Shown one piece after another: positions 32,867-46,589 of a DNA stretch of 64,000 nt. Made by a program: the position numbers and the translations under genes. How positions within the stretch are numbered: the first letter of the stretch is position 1; each line of letters opens with the position of its first letter. This DNA is from Veleropilina oligotropha (taxonomy: Eukaryota). The notes beneath the pieces are model-generated. The model searched no databases and had not been told where the DNA came from. It worked only from the letters and a program-made list of their open reading frames with translations. The stretch is taken from the NCBI GenBank assembly GCA_048128005.1, contig JBEUKZ010000036.1:248001-312000 (forward strand). The letters are read 5' to 3'.

Positions 32867-33084
32867 CACTTTTGTGATGCGAGAGAACGAGAACATCATT
32901 TGTCTGTAGTTGATCCTGTTCAAGGCATGCATTATTGTAAGACACCCTGGATCATCAAGGCTAGGATGTTGCTGGTATTTAGCATGTGATAATCGTCTTT
33001 TAACTTTGACCATTTCACATATCAAAAATACGTTTAAATTGTTTCTGGTTCAAGTTTTGTCTATATGATTTCCGTTCCTCTCAG

Positions 33085-33149
33085 TGGCTGATTGTGCTGC
33101 TTCGTACAATTATCGGCTTGAAGGCTTTGTCGCGTATATAAATTTAAAG
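33085..33149 (+). CDS. Putative exon of host gene 2 (ADCAASYNYRLEGFVAYINLK)
   Basis: tttccgttcctctcAG acceptor, AAG/GTTTGG donor, phase 1 start and phase 0 end. Confidence 0.45.
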
Positions 33150-34139
33150 GTTTGGTTTGTGGGCAACTTAATTTGTTTACGACCACTTTTGACAATATGT
33201 AGTTACAAACATACTTACGTCCGTACTCTTGCCATAATAGTCATATTATCGCCAACCGGAAACAGTGAATAATTGTCACATTTATGCACTATTAAGTCAA
33301 AACACTACGATTACCTCCCCTGCTCCCCCTCCATAAGTTCCCCCGGCTAGACCTCGCCAAGTCTCGCGAGATGTCCGAGCTCAAGGCCAAAAGGCTTCAA
33401 TTCAAAGTTTTCCGCCCTTACGGAAAAACGTGTTTTGTTTTGCTCCGCAAATATATGTTCTGTCTGGCGATTTATACGTTAAATCTAAGACGATGAAGTT
33501 ATAACAAATAGTTATAAGCATTGGATATTACCCTGTGGATGAGAAACATCAGTGAATAGAGAAGATTTATATCTGGACTTCGAAGAAAGTTGTGAAAGAT
33601 TCTGAAACCGACATCGCCGCCATTGCCGATAAAAGCATGGGCCGCTCAGAGGGGAAGTTTCGTTAGCATAAGGAAATTTCTGGTCGGTATATATATCTGA
33701 TATTATTTGAGACTTCTCAAAAGGTAACTCATTATATTGGATAATTCCTTAACGACGCTTATTGCTGGTAATTATTGTTTAAATATTTAGCGTCGTTAAA
33801 AGGCAGGATTGTTTAGACATCAACATTAGTTGTTCTTATATCCTGCCGTTACTGGGATAATACGCCACCGTACTAATTCTTAAAAACATCCACGAGGTTT
33901 TCAGGTGTTTGCTTGGGCGGTTTTTTCTAAGAAAAAACCTCCCCCTTTTTAGTCTTTTGCCGGGTTTTTATTACCCGGCATCGGTGTTCCCAGCTCGGGG
34001 TTATTTTGCGTATATCGCCTGATCTCCGATCTTCAGATTAGGTACAATCTTATAGGTTGTAGTAGTAAAGTCACAACTACCAAACATATACTTTTAACTA
34101 CCCCGTTCCACCCACTACTACCCTCCCGTGTATTCAGCT

Positions 34140-37100
34140 ATGGTCCGGTGCAGCAACTCCGGGTGTAACCAAAGAAGATTCACGGATTTTGATACGCACA
34201 CGGAATGCCGTGTTCACCGTAACTGCAATAGGTTGTATAAATGTGAACTGTGCCTAGTTTTAACAGAGGGCAGTGGGCGATCTTATTTCCACCAGTGAAG
34301 CCGACCAGGGCGGTTACCACGGTGGGTTCTCCCCCGGAGAAGGGACAAAATGGTAGGTTAAAGCCGTAAGGGAATTAACGTTTTTATGCCACCACCAATT
34401 TATTGGGGTGGCATTTAGATTTACTCTTGTCCGTCCCGTCCGTCCGTCCGTCCCGTCCCGTCCGTCCAGAAACCAGTATTTGCGTGTAAGCAACTCCAAT
34501 CTGCTATAACTTCTATTTGCCTTCATGGATTGAATTGCCTTCATGGATTGACTTGATACTTTGTACACTGCCCCTATGGTCAAGGCTGCCAGTGGGGGCA
34601 TTCGTGTCCGATGGACATATTTCTAGTTTTGTCTACTTCAGGGACGCTGGACGACAGTCGACCAAAGGTAAACCGTCTGTCGCCGGATCTACCGGCGAAA
34701 CCTCCGCGACTCATGGGAGAGTCGCCGAAACCTTGCCGGGACCCCAGATTCAGGTAGGAGCCCGAGTGCTGTCCGATCCTCCTCAAACGGGCCTAGTAAC
34801 TGCAGCCAACCATACCTTGCCGGCTAGCAAGGTATATCTGGCAGCGCGGCGAACCGCTGAACAGGACAGACTATCCCCATCCTATTCTTCGGCCTCGAAG
34901 AATATGGGGAACGTTAGTCCTTCTGCGGGAAACTCTCCGTTTAACGACAGAGAGCAACCCAATGAGAAAGCCAATAAAGAGGCCGGACACCATTACGATG
35001 GTCTAAGATCCGGACAATTGGCGACGCCTGAAACCTCGTCCGAGACCGACGCGACTAACCCTCGGGTTTTTCCGCTCAACCTCGGAGCTCACGACTGTTT
35101 CAGAGGGCCCGTTATCTCCCGTGCACCCACAGGGGCTACACTAGATAACGCGGACAGACCGGCTGCGTTCGGACAGAGGTATTACGGTGACCCGACCGTG
35201 CCTCGCTCGAACAGAGTGGTAGACCAGTACGGACTGTGGCCGCAGTCCTACAGGTCGCCCGTCCCACTGAATGCGCCTTCGGGCCATTCATTCGGGTACG
35301 ACCGCTCGACGGGTGACCCGAGACCCTGGTTCTCGGCTCCACATGTCCGTGCAGCCCGTCAACCTAGCGCCACGGTGACTTCGACCGAACTACCGGCTGT
35401 TAGTTCGACGCCCGTCATGCCTCCGGGTTTCTCGTACGAGAATTTCCAGGCTATGTTCGCGGCGGAGTTCGAGTCCCGATGTAAGGCCTGGCAACCGGCT
35501 TCCCAGCCGCTCCAGTTCCCTGTACCTCTGCCCGTGGCGCAGAGCACGGGTCCTGCATCCGTGATGGAGATCGACCCTCGTTACGAGGACCTCGACTCCA
35601 CTCACTCCGACCTCCCTGAATCGGTCGGGCCCGAAGACGCTGGTAGTCTTCCAGGCACGCAGGAGCCGACCTCCACCACCCGCCGAAGGCTCGACGCCGT
35701 TGCGTCACTTCGCGGGGTGCTTGACCTGCCGGAACCGACTCGGTCGGATATAGGCCCGGTCATGCACAGGACGGCGGCACATCGGTTTGTTGAGAAGGAA
35801 GCCCCCTTGCTTCCTTCCTTACCTCAGTCTGGGCTGGTTGATCTGGTGGTCGACTCGACAACCAAGCTCATTCAGGGGCGCAATCCGGTGGAGTCCTCCC
35901 CATTGACGGAGTTCCCTTCGGGGTTCCGTAGTGGGAGGTACTTCCGGGCCAGTTCGCGTTCGATCCCGTTCGCATGTACTGGTCCGTGCCTGGCGACTGA
36001 GCGGCTCGTGTTGACGCAGCGATGCGTCGACTGACCGCCAGTCACACTCCCTCTGTAGCGAAAGTTCCTTGGTCCGCCTTGGAAGTTTTCGAGAGCTCCG
36101 CCCGACGGGCTCTGCGGCTGTCGTCCGTTCAGGAGTGTTTCCTAGATGGGGCGATAGCTGTATTACAGGAGGACGGACCCGGCGCCCGTGGGCAGCCTTG
36201 TCCTTCCTCCAGGAGGTTGCTGCCGTTATGGAGACCAGCGCGTTGGAGACGGGACGTGTCCTGGGTAACGCACTCCTACTTCGTAGGGACGCTTACCCGG
36301 AAGGCACCTCGCTAGATGAGGCCACCCGGCGCTCATTGCGATGCGTGCCTTGCTCGGCCCCCACTCTATTTGGCGACAATTTCTCGGAATTCGTCGACAA
36401 GAGAGCGGCGGACCTGAAGGACCGTGCCATCGAGAAGGCGATGCTGCACCCCCCCGGGGGTCCACCCGCCGACTCGAGGAAGCGTTCAGGGCCCACCCGG
36501 ACCCCGAAGCCTTCCAAGCGTGCAAGGCCCTCTTCTGGTGGTAGGGCCCCGGCCAATAAACCCATTCAGAAGAGGCAAGCACCTCCAACAAAATCCCGTC
36601 AGAGCGGGAGAGGGAAGCCTCGGCCCTAGGGCTGCCGGCACACACGACGGTCCCAGCTGCCCGCTTCCGCCGGTGGGAGCGTGTCTGTTAGCGTACAGCC
36701 AGCCGTGGCTAGAACTAACAGACAGCAGCTGGGTCCACTCAGTCGTGAGTGACGGATACAAGTTGGCATTCAACCGGCATCCGACCCTAACCGAGGCACC
36801 ACCACCAAGCCGCGCTCGCCCTCTGCAAGGCGAGAAACAAGCAGTCTTAGACCAGGCAGTGCAGGACTTACTCCTCAGAGGAGCGATATATCCTGCGCCG
36901 CCCAGCACACCAGGATTTACAGCCATTTCTTCCTGGTCCCGAGACCCGATGGCCGCTGGCGACCGATCCTCGATCTCTCGTATGTCAACCGATATCTTCG
37001 CACCGAGAAATTCCAGCAAGAAACCCTCTCGAAGATACGAGCGGCCATCCGTCCGGGCGACTGGGCAGAGTCTATCGATCTGACCGACGCGTATCTGCAT

Positions 37101-39561
37101 GTCCCGATGCATATCACGGCTCATCAGTACCTTCGGTTTATACACGGGGAGACGATCTATCAGGTGCCTACCGTTCGATCTATCGTCAGCCCCGTACGTC
37201 TTCACGAGAACAGTACAGGCCCTCGGAGCCTTCCTACACTCTCTAGGGCACAGGGTACATATGTACCTCGACGACTGGCTGATCCTCGGGGCGTCCCGGG
37301 ATCTGTGCCACCGGTCTACGAGCTTTACCCTGTCATCGGCGAAGCGACTGGGATTTCAGATCAACGAGACAAAATCCTGCTTCGTACCCTCCAAGACGTT
37401 TACGTTTCTCGGAGTCGACTTCGATACGGTCCGGTACACCGCGAAACCGACCCAGAAACGTATACGGAACCTACGCGCGGTTATTCAAGACACCCTGTCA
37501 TCGGAGATAACTATGGCGCGACAACTGGCCACTGTCCTGGGGCACATCGAGTCGGTAGCGACCCTGCTACCGACGGGTCGAATACAACGACCGTTACAAC
37601 AGGCGTTCAGAGATCGCTGGATACAACGGACGGGGCAGTGGACGGATCATATCGATCTTCGGCATTGGTTTACCCGCACGACAGCAGTGGGGTTGAACCC
37701 TGCTTTGCCGAGCCAGTCGGTTCCTATATCCCCGCCAGAGCCGAACGCTTACCTGTTCACAGACGCTTCGAACGACGGCTGGGGTGGTCACCTCGACAGT
37801 TACGAGACATTGGGCCTATGGTCGACGGACCTTCAGGGACGACACATCAACTTCCTAGAGTTAGAAGCGGTCTACCTGACAGTACGGTCCCTCTCGTCAC
37901 ATCTCCGCAACAAGCATATAATGCTCGCCACGGACAACACGACTGTCGTCGCTTACATTCAGCACCAGGGCGGCACTCGCTCGCGTCCCCTTTGCGACCG
38001 AGCAATCGACCTACACCGCCTAGTGATGTCCCTCAACTCGACGATACGAGCAAGACACATCCCGGGAAAGCTGAATGTCAGAGCGGACTCGCTCTCTCGG
38101 AAATCACAGATTAACACACAGAGTGGACGCTACATAGCAGAGTAGCTCGGGACGTTTGTCGCCGGTGGTCACAACCCCAAGTCGATCTGTTTGCAACAGA
38201 ATTTAATTACCGACTACCTCTGTATGTCTCCCCGTACCCGGACCCGGCCGCCCTAGCGGTCGACGCGTTGTCAATGACATGGGAGAATCTGTCCGCGTAT
38301 GTCTTCCCCCCGTCGTACATCCTGACACTCGTACTACAGAAGGCATCGAACGAACGTTGCGAGATAACGCTAATCGCGCCCCTGTATCGCACGCAACCTT
38401 GGTTTCCGACCCTCATCGATCTGATCGTCGATCGACCGTTAGCGCTCCCGCAAAAACCGGACCTGTTAATGCAGTCGCGCAGTTGTGTATTACACCCGTC
38501 GCCGACGACTTACGTTTACACGCCTGGCGGTTATCGAATGATCCCTCGCTAAGAAAGGATTTTCTCGCGCTACAGCCCTACGCATCTACTGATCGAGAAG
38601 GCTTTCCACGTCTAAAGTATACGACTACCGATGGGTCAATTACGTGGATTGGTGTCACAGCCGGCAGGTCAATATTCTCCGCGCCCTGTGAACAAGTTTA
38701 TCGAGTTTTATCGTCGCTCTTTGAACGCGGAAGGTCAGTGTCCGCCGTCAAAGGCTATCGGGCAACGGTCGCGAACACGTTAAAACAGTGCCGTGCCCGG
38801 GTTAGCCTATCTAAGCGACCGAACGATTTTGGATTTTATACGATCCTACGAACTCGAAATTCCGACCCGTACGATACGGCCGCCAGCCTGGAACATCGTT
38901 CTCATTCTTAACGCTCTCCTTCTACACCCGTACGAGCCTATGGGCCCGGCCTCTATGAGGAACTTAACGCACAAAACGGTTTTTTCTGATCGCCTTAGCG
39001 TCGGGCAGGCGTTGTTCCGAGCTTCATAGTCTATCCGCAGAGCTACGAGACGTTCGTTTCCAGTCAGACGGGTCGGTGATGCGGCGTCCTATCTTGGGTT
39101 TCCTCGCCAAGAATCAACGGCCGAACGAAGACACCCCCGTTATCGTTATCCCAAGCTTACGCTGGTCGGAAGACACGATGTGGACCGATTAAACTGTCAT
39201 ATGCGTGCCTTAATTAAGTTACTACCTCGACAGGACCCGTGATATGCGGCAGGGAAAACTACGTCTATTTTATTCGTATTTACCTTCTTATACCCGCGAC
39301 ATTACGAAGACGACTGTTTCGCGGTGGTTTTCACAGGTAGTGAGAGACGTGTACTCTCGCTGTGAAAAGTAGGCCGCACTATGTATCGGTCCGCGCGCAC
39401 GAGGTCCGTGCATTCGCAGCTAAACATCTCAGCGTTGCTTCTATAAATGTCTTTGTTAAGCATTTCCTGCGGGATTATGCCATGGGGCTGATGGGTTGAG
39501 CCGTCTACAATGTGTAACTGCTCAACGATGTATTATTAGACAAAGGTCGTCTAATCAGTGA
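34140..39561 (+). pseudogene. DIRS-B gag, pol and YR remnants with many frameshifts
   Basis: Colinear with 21323-26563; fragments 34517.., 36069.., 37099.., 38268.., 38793.. carry the same motifs (YLDD, TDAS, PPAWN). Confidence 0.9.
34381..34629 (+). mobile_element. HINE-like family X copy inserted in DIRS-B gag
   Basis: Near-identical to 18235-18494; absent from the corresponding T-rich site of DIRS-A (~21550). Confidence 0.85.
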
Positions 39562-40718
39562 GTATTGTTTCTTGATTTATCAATTTAATACTTCGTGCTG
39601 AAGCAATGTTATTGTTATGCCTAGATGTTCTATGAAATAGACACATTACCCTGCTTTAATGATCACTGCTAAACCATGGTCCCAACATGTTTTAGCAATG
39701 GTCATAACATGATTAAATGACCATGGTCATATCTATATCAAATATACTTACGTCCTTACTAATGCCATAATAAGCCTATTATCGCTAAATCCGGACAAGG
39801 TGGAAATGGTAATTTGCACTTCTTTTAGTAAATTGAACCCAGCTGACCCCCTGACCTGCTCGACCTCCTCCAGTTCATGTCCAGTAAGAGCTCGCCAACT
39901 CCCGCGAGATCTTCTTGACCAAGGGTCAAGACCTCATCCGAAGTTTTCCGCTCGATTGTACAAGTCACGTTTTACTTTGCTCCACAATCTTTGTGATTTT
40001 TCGATCTTTTTCGAGCCCGATTTTAAAAATCTATAAGCTCATAAGATCAAATATAGTGTTGTAAACACGTTAGTGGAAAGACTGAGAGTCTCCTCCTGAA
40101 TAAGACGCCTTCTTAGAAGTTTTCCTGTCTAAAAAAGAACAGAAAACGAAATCGACACCCTCCATTGACGACGCCATCTTGGACTTCTGACAACAGAAAG
40201 AAAAGAGGACGCTCAGAGGGATTTTTAAAGAAGGAAGCTCCCTAGCAATTACTACGGAGTCAGGATAAGAGAGTTGATTATTGATATTGCTTGAATATTG
40301 CTTGAACGACTTTTTTCTTGCTATAAATTTATGTAATAAAAATTTATCGTCGTTGAACAGCAGATTATTTAGAATTTAACTAGCGTTATTTTGGTAAATC
40401 TGCTAAATCGGGGATTGCACGCCGAATTCTAACGAATTGATATATATACATCCAAGAGGTTTTTAGGTGTAAAAGGGCGGTTTCTGTATAAGAAAGACCT
40501 CCCGTTTCTCAATTTGTTGACCGACTGGTTTTTAGAAAGTAAAAATATAAAGTCGGTGTTTTTGGGCGTATATTCCGCCGTAAGTTTTAAGCGTATTTCA
40601 GCCTTTTCCAACTCTCGGATCAGGTACAATCGAGGTTGTAGTAGTAATTTGGTAAACTACCCAGGAAATATCCTTATCACTTAAAAACCCTATCTCCTAC
40701 CTACCCGTGTAAGTAGCT

Positions 40719-43700
40719 ATGCAGTATTGCAGTGTTTCCGGGTGCCGACAGAAAATCCGTGGTTTTGACAGGCACTCCGAATGCATTATTCACCGTGTTT
40801 GTTCTAGCGATAAGAACCATCCATGTGAGCATTGTATAGCACTAACAAATCGGCAGTGGGAGACTCTTTTCCCATCGAAGAAGACGACCAGGGTGTCTTC
40901 TTCCGATGGGACAGCCACCGAGAAGCTTAAAAGTTTAGAGACAGGCTTTGATCCTATACTTTCTGTTTCAGATACTCTCGGTAATAGCCGTGTTGGGACA
41001 GCGGTTATCGCGGGACCCACCGTCCGAACCTCTGAGACTATGGGAAAAGTCCCAGTAACTTCGTCGGGATCCATGGTTCAGGTACAGGCCCGGGTGCCGT
41101 CCGATTCCTCGCCTTTGGGCCTAGTAACCGTTGCTCATAGTATCTTGCCGGCCAGTAAGATACGTCGAGCGCTGCGGCGAAAAGCTGAGCAGGGCAGACA
41201 AAACCTTTCCTCTCCTCCGGCCTCGGAGGAGCAAGGCAGCGTTAGTCCTTCTGTGAGTCAAGTAACCTCTGAAAAGAGGCGAAGGAGACTAGCAGAAAAA
41301 GTCGATACAGTTGCTGGATACCACGAAAGTGGAAGAAATTCCAGACGCTCGACGCAACCCGTCCTCTCGTCCGACAACGGCGCTAGCTTAAAGGCTAATC
41401 CCGCCACCGTCGGAGCCCACGAGAGTGATGGAAGGCCAACCTCCTCTGACGATTCTTATCAAGACGTCCCGGGTGGTGTGGTAGGACCGGCTGCGTTCGG
41501 GGCTGAGGCTTACGGCGGATTTTCCCCCGTGTCTCACCGGAACAGGGTTACAGACCCGTATAGACTGTGGTCGCAGTCTTACGGGTCGTTCGCACCGTTT
41601 AACGCGCCTTCGGGCCGTTTCCCTGGCTGCGGTTTCCCGACAGGTAACCCGAGTCCCTGGTACTCGGCTCCACCTGTCCGTGCAGCCCGTCCACCATGCG
41701 CTACGGTAACCTCGAGCGGACCAATGGCTGTTGGTCCGACGTCCGTCATGCCTACGGGTTTCTCTCTTGAGAACGTCCAGGCTATGATTGCGACGGAAAT
41801 CGAGGCACGTTGTAGGTCCTGGCAACCGGCTACCCTGCCGCCCCAGGTCCCAACGTCTCTGTCCGTAACGCCGGGCTCGGCTCATGTTTCGGTGATGGAC
41901 GTAGATTCTCGTACCAACGAGAACACCACTCCTACTCCTCACTCTGACCTCCCTGAATCGGTCGGACCAGACGGCTCTCGTAGTCGTTCTGGCACACATG
42001 AAGCCGTCTCCGCCACCTGCCGAAGGTACGACGCTGTTGCGTCGCTTCGCGGGGTGCTTGACTTGCTCGACCCGGCCTTGCCGGTAAGCGGAGTCACGCA
42101 CAGGACAACGGCACGTCGGTTTGATGGGCCGGAAGCCCCCCTGCTTCCTACCCTACCCCAGTCTGGGTTGGTCTCGCTCGTCCTCGACTCGACGACTAAA
42201 TCCATTCAGGGGTCCAAATCGGTGGAGACTTCCACTTTAACGGAGTACCCTAGTGGTCTCCGTAAGGGAAGGTACCTCCGGCCCAGTAAGCGTCCGATTC
42301 CGATCGGGTGCTCTGGGACGTGTCTGGCGACCGAGCCGGTTCAGATCGATGCAGCAATGCGTCGCCTGTCGGCCAGTACGGCTCCCTCGGTAGTCAAAGT
42401 CCCATGGGTCGCCATGGAGGGCTTTGAGAGCTCCGCCCGTCGAGCTCTACGGCATTCCTCCATCCAGGATTCCTTCCTGGACGGAGCTATTACCGTGCTA
42501 CAACAGGATGGACCCCGCGCTCGAGAGATCGCACTGTCCTTCCTCGAAGAGGTTGCCGCCGCCACGGAGAACTACGCGTCGGAATCAGCCCGATCCTTAG
42601 GTAACGCGGTCCTACTCCGTAGAGACGCTTGCCTAGACGGCACCACGTTAGACGACGCCACCCGGCAGTCTCTACGTTGCGTGCCGCTGTCGGCCCCTAC
42701 TCTCTTCGGAGACAAATTAGCCGAATTTGTCGAGAACAGAGCGACCGACCTCAAGGATCGCGCTGTTGAGAAGGCAGTCTTGGATACTCCTCGTAGTACG
42801 TCGGCTGCCACCTCAAGGAAGCGCTCGGGACCGTCCCGGTCCCATAAGCCTTCCAAGCGTGCCAAACCTTCGCATAGTGGGCCTTCCCAGGCCAATAAAT
42901 CTACTGCGAAAACGGCACCTCCGACCAAATCCCGTCAGAGCGGGAGAGGGAAGCCACGGTCTAGGGTTGGTTCGACATCCAACCCTCGTCGCGACACCAC
43001 CACCAGGACGCGCTCGTCTCTTATTAAGAGAAAAACAAGCCGTCCTAGACCAGGCAGTGCGGGACTTACTCTCAAACAGAGCGATTTATCCCGCGCCGCC
43101 CAGCACACCAGGATATTACAGCCACTTTTTCCTGGTCCCGAATCCCGATGGCCGTTGGCGACCGATCCTCGATCTGTCGTGCCTCAACCAGTGTCTTCGT
43201 ACCGAGATGTTCAAGCAAGAAACACTCTCGAAGATACGAACGGCCATCCGTCCGGGCGACTGGGCAGCGTCTATCGACTTGACCGATGCGTACCTACACG
43301 TTCCGATGCACGTCTCGGCTCACCGGTACCTACGGTTTGTCCACGGGGGAACGGTCTACCACTTCAGGTGTCTACCGTTCGGTCTATCGTCAGCCCCGTA
43401 CGTCTTCACGCGGGTAGTACAGGCTCTCGGGGCCTTCCTACACTCGCAAGGGCACAGAGTACACATATACCTCAACGACTGGTTGATTCTCGGGGCATCC
43501 CGGGATCAGTGCCTCCAGTCTATGAGCGTTACCCTGTCATCGGCGAAGCGCCTAGGATTACAGATCAACAACAAATCCTGCTTCGTGCCCCCGACGACGT
43601 TTACATTTCTAGGGGTCGAATTCGACACGGTCCGGTACACCGCGAAACCGACTCAGAAACGTATATAGAACCTATGCGCAGTTATACTGTAAACGTCACA

Positions 43701-45806
43701 GATAACGACAGCGCAACGACTGACCACTGTCCTAAGGCACATCGAGTCGGTAGCTCCCCTGTTACCGACGGGTCGCACATAAAAACGACCGTTGCAGCAG
43801 GCCTTCAAGGACCGCTGGATACAACGTACGGGACAGTGGACGGATCGCATCGATCTACGGCATTGGTTTACTCGCACGACAGCAGTGTGGCTGAACACTA
43901 CCCTGCCGAGACAGTCGGTTCCAATATCCCCCCCAGAACCGAACGCCTACCTCTACACGGACGCGTCAAACGAGGGCTGGGGAGGTCACCTCGACAGTCA
44001 CGTGACATCGGGCCTTTGGCCGACGGACCTGCAGGGACGACACATAAACTTCCTAAAGTTCGAGGCCGTCTACCTGTCAGTACGGTCCCTCTCGTCACAT
44101 CTCCGCACCAAGCACATCATGCTAGCAACGGACAATACGACTGTCGTCGCTTACATTCAGCACCAGGGCGGCACTCGCTCCCGTCCACTTTGCGACCGAG
44201 CGCTCGACCTACACCGCCTAGTGATGTCACTCAACTCGACGATCCGAGCCCGACACATCCCGGGACCGCTGAACGTCAGAGCGGATACGCTCTCTCGGAA
44301 AACACAGATTCTACACACAGAGTGGACGCTACACGCCCGTGTAGCCCGAGATGTCTGTCGCCTGTGGTCGACGCCTCAAGTCGGTCTATTCGCAACCGAA
44401 TTCAATCACCGACTCCCTCTCTATGTGTCTCCTTACCCGGACCCGGCCGCTATGGCCGTCGACGCTCTGTCAATGAGATGGGAGAATCTGATCGCCTACG
44501 CCTTCCCACCGTCGTGCATGTTGGCACAAGTACTACGGAAAGCGACCCGCGAAGACTGCGAGTTGACGCTAATAGCACCTCTACAACGCACGCAGTCCTG
44601 GTTTCCGACACTTCTGGATCTACTCATCGATCAGTCACGAGCGCTACCGCAGATGACAGACCTGTTATCGCAATCGCGCAATCGGGGCCTACACCCGTCG
44701 GCGAACGAGTTTCACTTTCACGCCTGGCGACTATCGAGAGATCGCTCATGAAGAAAGGCTTTTCTAGAGCGACAGCCCAGCGCATTTACCGATCTAGAAG
44801 GCAGTCTACAACTAAGGTATACGACTACCGATGGAAGAAATTTGTGGATTGGTGTCGCGGGCGGCACGTCAATATTTTTCGCCCCCCTGTGACCAAATTT
44901 ATCGAGTTCTTATCGTCGTTGCTAGAACGGGGAATGTCAATTTCCGCAGTCAAAGGCTACCGTTCATGCGTAGCTACAACGTTACGGCAATGCCGCGAGC
45001 ACACCCGCTTGTCTACCGACAAAACTATATCGGACTTCATACGCTCCTATCAACTCGAACGGCCCATTCAGCGAGTGCGACCGCCCGCTTGGAATGTTTT
45101 GTTAGTTCTCAATGCTTTACTTAGATGCCCGTACGAGCCTATGAGTGAGTGTTCCCTCAAAAATCTCACTTATAAGACCGTATTTCTTACCGCCCTCGCC
45201 ACTGGTAACCGGGCCTCGGAGATACACGCGTTATCCGGAGAGCTTCGAGACATACACTTCCACACCGATGGGTCGGTGACGCTGCGTACTGTCCTTGGCT
45301 TCCTAGCGAAGACACAACGACCTGATGATATCAGTCCCGAGGTTTGTATTCGTAACCTCTCCATGCTGGATAGAAATGATATCGACCGCCTCAACTGCCC
45401 GGTCCGCGCGTTGAGATTCTACCTGGATAAGACCCGAGACCTACGGCACGGTAAAAAGCGTTTATTCGTTAGCCATATGCCTCAATTCCACCGCGACATT
45501 CGCAAATCGACTGTTTCACGTTGGATTATCTCTGTTGTTAAGGAGATTTACTCCCGGTCACATGAGCCAGAACGAGATCTCGTTTCAATTCACGCGCACG
45601 AGACACGTGCAGTAGCCTCTTCGTTAGCCTTCAAATATAATTTGAATATCAATGAAATCTTGAAGGCTTGTTACTGGAAGAACGCGAATACCTTTGTTCG
45701 CTTTTACCTGCATGATTATGCGACCACGGCTGAGGGTGAACATCGGATTTCCTTTGTGGCGGCAGGACAACAATGTATCACGGGATCTGGGTCATCCCGA
45801 CAGTGA
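40719..45806 (+). CDS. 1695-aa Gag-tyrosine recombinase fusion ORF of DIRS-C
   Basis: Uninterrupted frame from ATG; Gag zinc-finger-like N-terminus; YR motifs ALATGNRASEIHAL, LAKT, CPVRAL, HAHETRA, YWKNANTFVRFY. Confidence 0.85.
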   Translation: MQYCSVSGCRQKIRGFDRHSECIIHRVCSSDKNHPCEHCIALTNRQWETLFPSKKTTRVSSSDGTATEKLKSLETGFDPILSVSDTLGNSRVGTAVIAGPTVRTSETMGKVPVTSSGSMVQVQARVPSDSSPLGLVTVAHSILPASKIRRALRRKAEQGRQNLSSPPASEEQGSVSPSVSQVTSEKRRRRLAEKVDTVAGYHESGRNSRRSTQPVLSSDNGASLKANPATVGAHESDGRPTSSDDSYQDVPGGVVGPAAFGAEAYGGFSPVSHRNRVTDPYRLWSQSYGSFAPFNAPSGRFPGCGFPTGNPSPWYSAPPVRAARPPCATVTSSGPMAVGPTSVMPTGFSLENVQAMIATEIEARCRSWQPATLPPQVPTSLSVTPGSAHVSVMDVDSRTNENTTPTPHSDLPESVGPDGSRSRSGTHEAVSATCRRYDAVASLRGVLDLLDPALPVSGVTHRTTARRFDGPEAPLLPTLPQSGLVSLVLDSTTKSIQGSKSVETSTLTEYPSGLRKGRYLRPSKRPIPIGCSGTCLATEPVQIDAAMRRLSASTAPSVVKVPWVAMEGFESSARRALRHSSIQDSFLDGAITVLQQDGPRAREIALSFLEEVAAATENYASESARSLGNAVLLRRDACLDGTTLDDATRQSLRCVPLSAPTLFGDKLAEFVENRATDLKDRAVEKAVLDTPRSTSAATSRKRSGPSRSHKPSKRAKPSHSGPSQANKSTAKTAPPTKSRQSGRGKPRSRVGSTSNPRRDTTTRTRSSLIKRKTSRPRPGSAGLTLKQSDLSRAAQHTRILQPLFPGPESRWPLATDPRSVVPQPVSSYRDVQARNTLEDTNGHPSGRLGSVYRLDRCVPTRSDARLGSPVPTVCPRGNGLPLQVSTVRSIVSPVRLHAGSTGSRGLPTLARAQSTHIPQRLVDSRGIPGSVPPVYERYPVIGEAPRITDQQQILLRAPDDVYISRGRIRHGPVHRETDSETYIEPMRSYTVNVTDNDSATTDHCPKAHRVGSSPVTDGSHIKTTVAAGLQGPLDTTYGTVDGSHRSTALVYSHDSSVAEHYPAETVGSNIPPRTERLPLHGRVKRGLGRSPRQSRDIGPLADGPAGTTHKLPKVRGRLPVSTVPLVTSPHQAHHASNGQYDCRRLHSAPGRHSLPSTLRPSARPTPPSDVTQLDDPSPTHPGTAERQSGYALSENTDSTHRVDATRPCSPRCLSPVVDASSRSIRNRIQSPTPSLCVSLPGPGRYGRRRSVNEMGESDRLRLPTVVHVGTSTTESDPRRLRVDANSTSTTHAVLVSDTSGSTHRSVTSATADDRPVIAIAQSGPTPVGERVSLSRLATIERSLMKKGFSRATAQRIYRSRRQSTTKVYDYRWKKFVDWCRGRHVNIFRPPVTKFIEFLSSLLERGMSISAVKGYRSCVATTLRQCREHTRLSTDKTISDFIRSYQLERPIQRVRPPAWNVLLVLNALLRCPYEPMSECSLKNLTYKTVFLTALATGNRASEIHALSGELRDIHFHTDGSVTLRTVLGFLAKTQRPDDISPEVCIRNLSMLDRNDIDRLNCPVRALRFYLDKTRDLRHGKKRLFVSHMPQFHRDIRKSTVSRWIISVVKEIYSRSHEPERDLVSIHAHETRAVASSLAFKYNLNINEILKACYWKNANTFVRFYLHDYATTAEGEHRISFVAAGQQCITGSGSSRQ
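42960..44751 (+). pseudogene. DIRS-C pol (RT-RNaseH-MT-like), inactivated
   Basis: YLND instead of YLDD (43474), stops at 43666, 43690 and 43780, RNase H LELEA to LKFEA (44056), VDLFA to VGLFA (44383), 46-codon N-terminal deletion. Confidence 0.9.
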
Positions 45807-46589
45807 TTGGTTTGTGGAATTTCACCAGACACTGAGGTAATATAATGTAATTCTATTTGTGTACATTGAAATCACCTTTAGAATTTATTCCAATGTTATT
45901 TCTTTCTTAAACTGATTAAGAAATTGAAATTATTATTCATACTGAGTTAATATGAAGCAATGCCCACATTGGATGTAGACATTTATATTATTAAATCTTA
46001 ATAATGCTTTTTGGTAAATAATATTATTTTAAAATGTTCTTCTGCTGTCTCAGAACATTTCAATGTGCGTACATTGAAAATTTTTATTATTATTCTCTAC
46101 TAAAAATTATTTAAGTAACATGTATCATGTTGACATTTTGCAAGTTGGACATGCAAAAGTTTATTATTCAAGATGAAGTTATTGTAATTTTCTTCAATCT
46201 ATTGATAATTGTCACGGTTTTATAACACTATCTACCTGCCTAGGTTCGGGTGCTTCTAAAAACCACGTCTTGCAGTTTTCTGTCTGCCGACCTTTGAGTC
46301 CGGAATATTCAGATCACTGTTTTGCTCATGACACGAGTGCCTCAAGGTATACCTTCCGCCGGTGTCCGGAGCTACATGCACTTTCGTGTTACCCGTCCGA
46401 CTAACATCCCTGGCGTGTTTTCCCAGATTTCTTGGTCGAAATCTCACCTCGGGGTAAGGGTAGATTTGATGCTCAGTAAAATCCACTCTGAACGGACTCG
46501 ATCTCAACGCTAAAGCGTCGTCTTCTGGTAACAAGTAAGTTTTAATTTTGGTGTATGGAACTTATAACTCCGCCAACCAAAGTTATTCT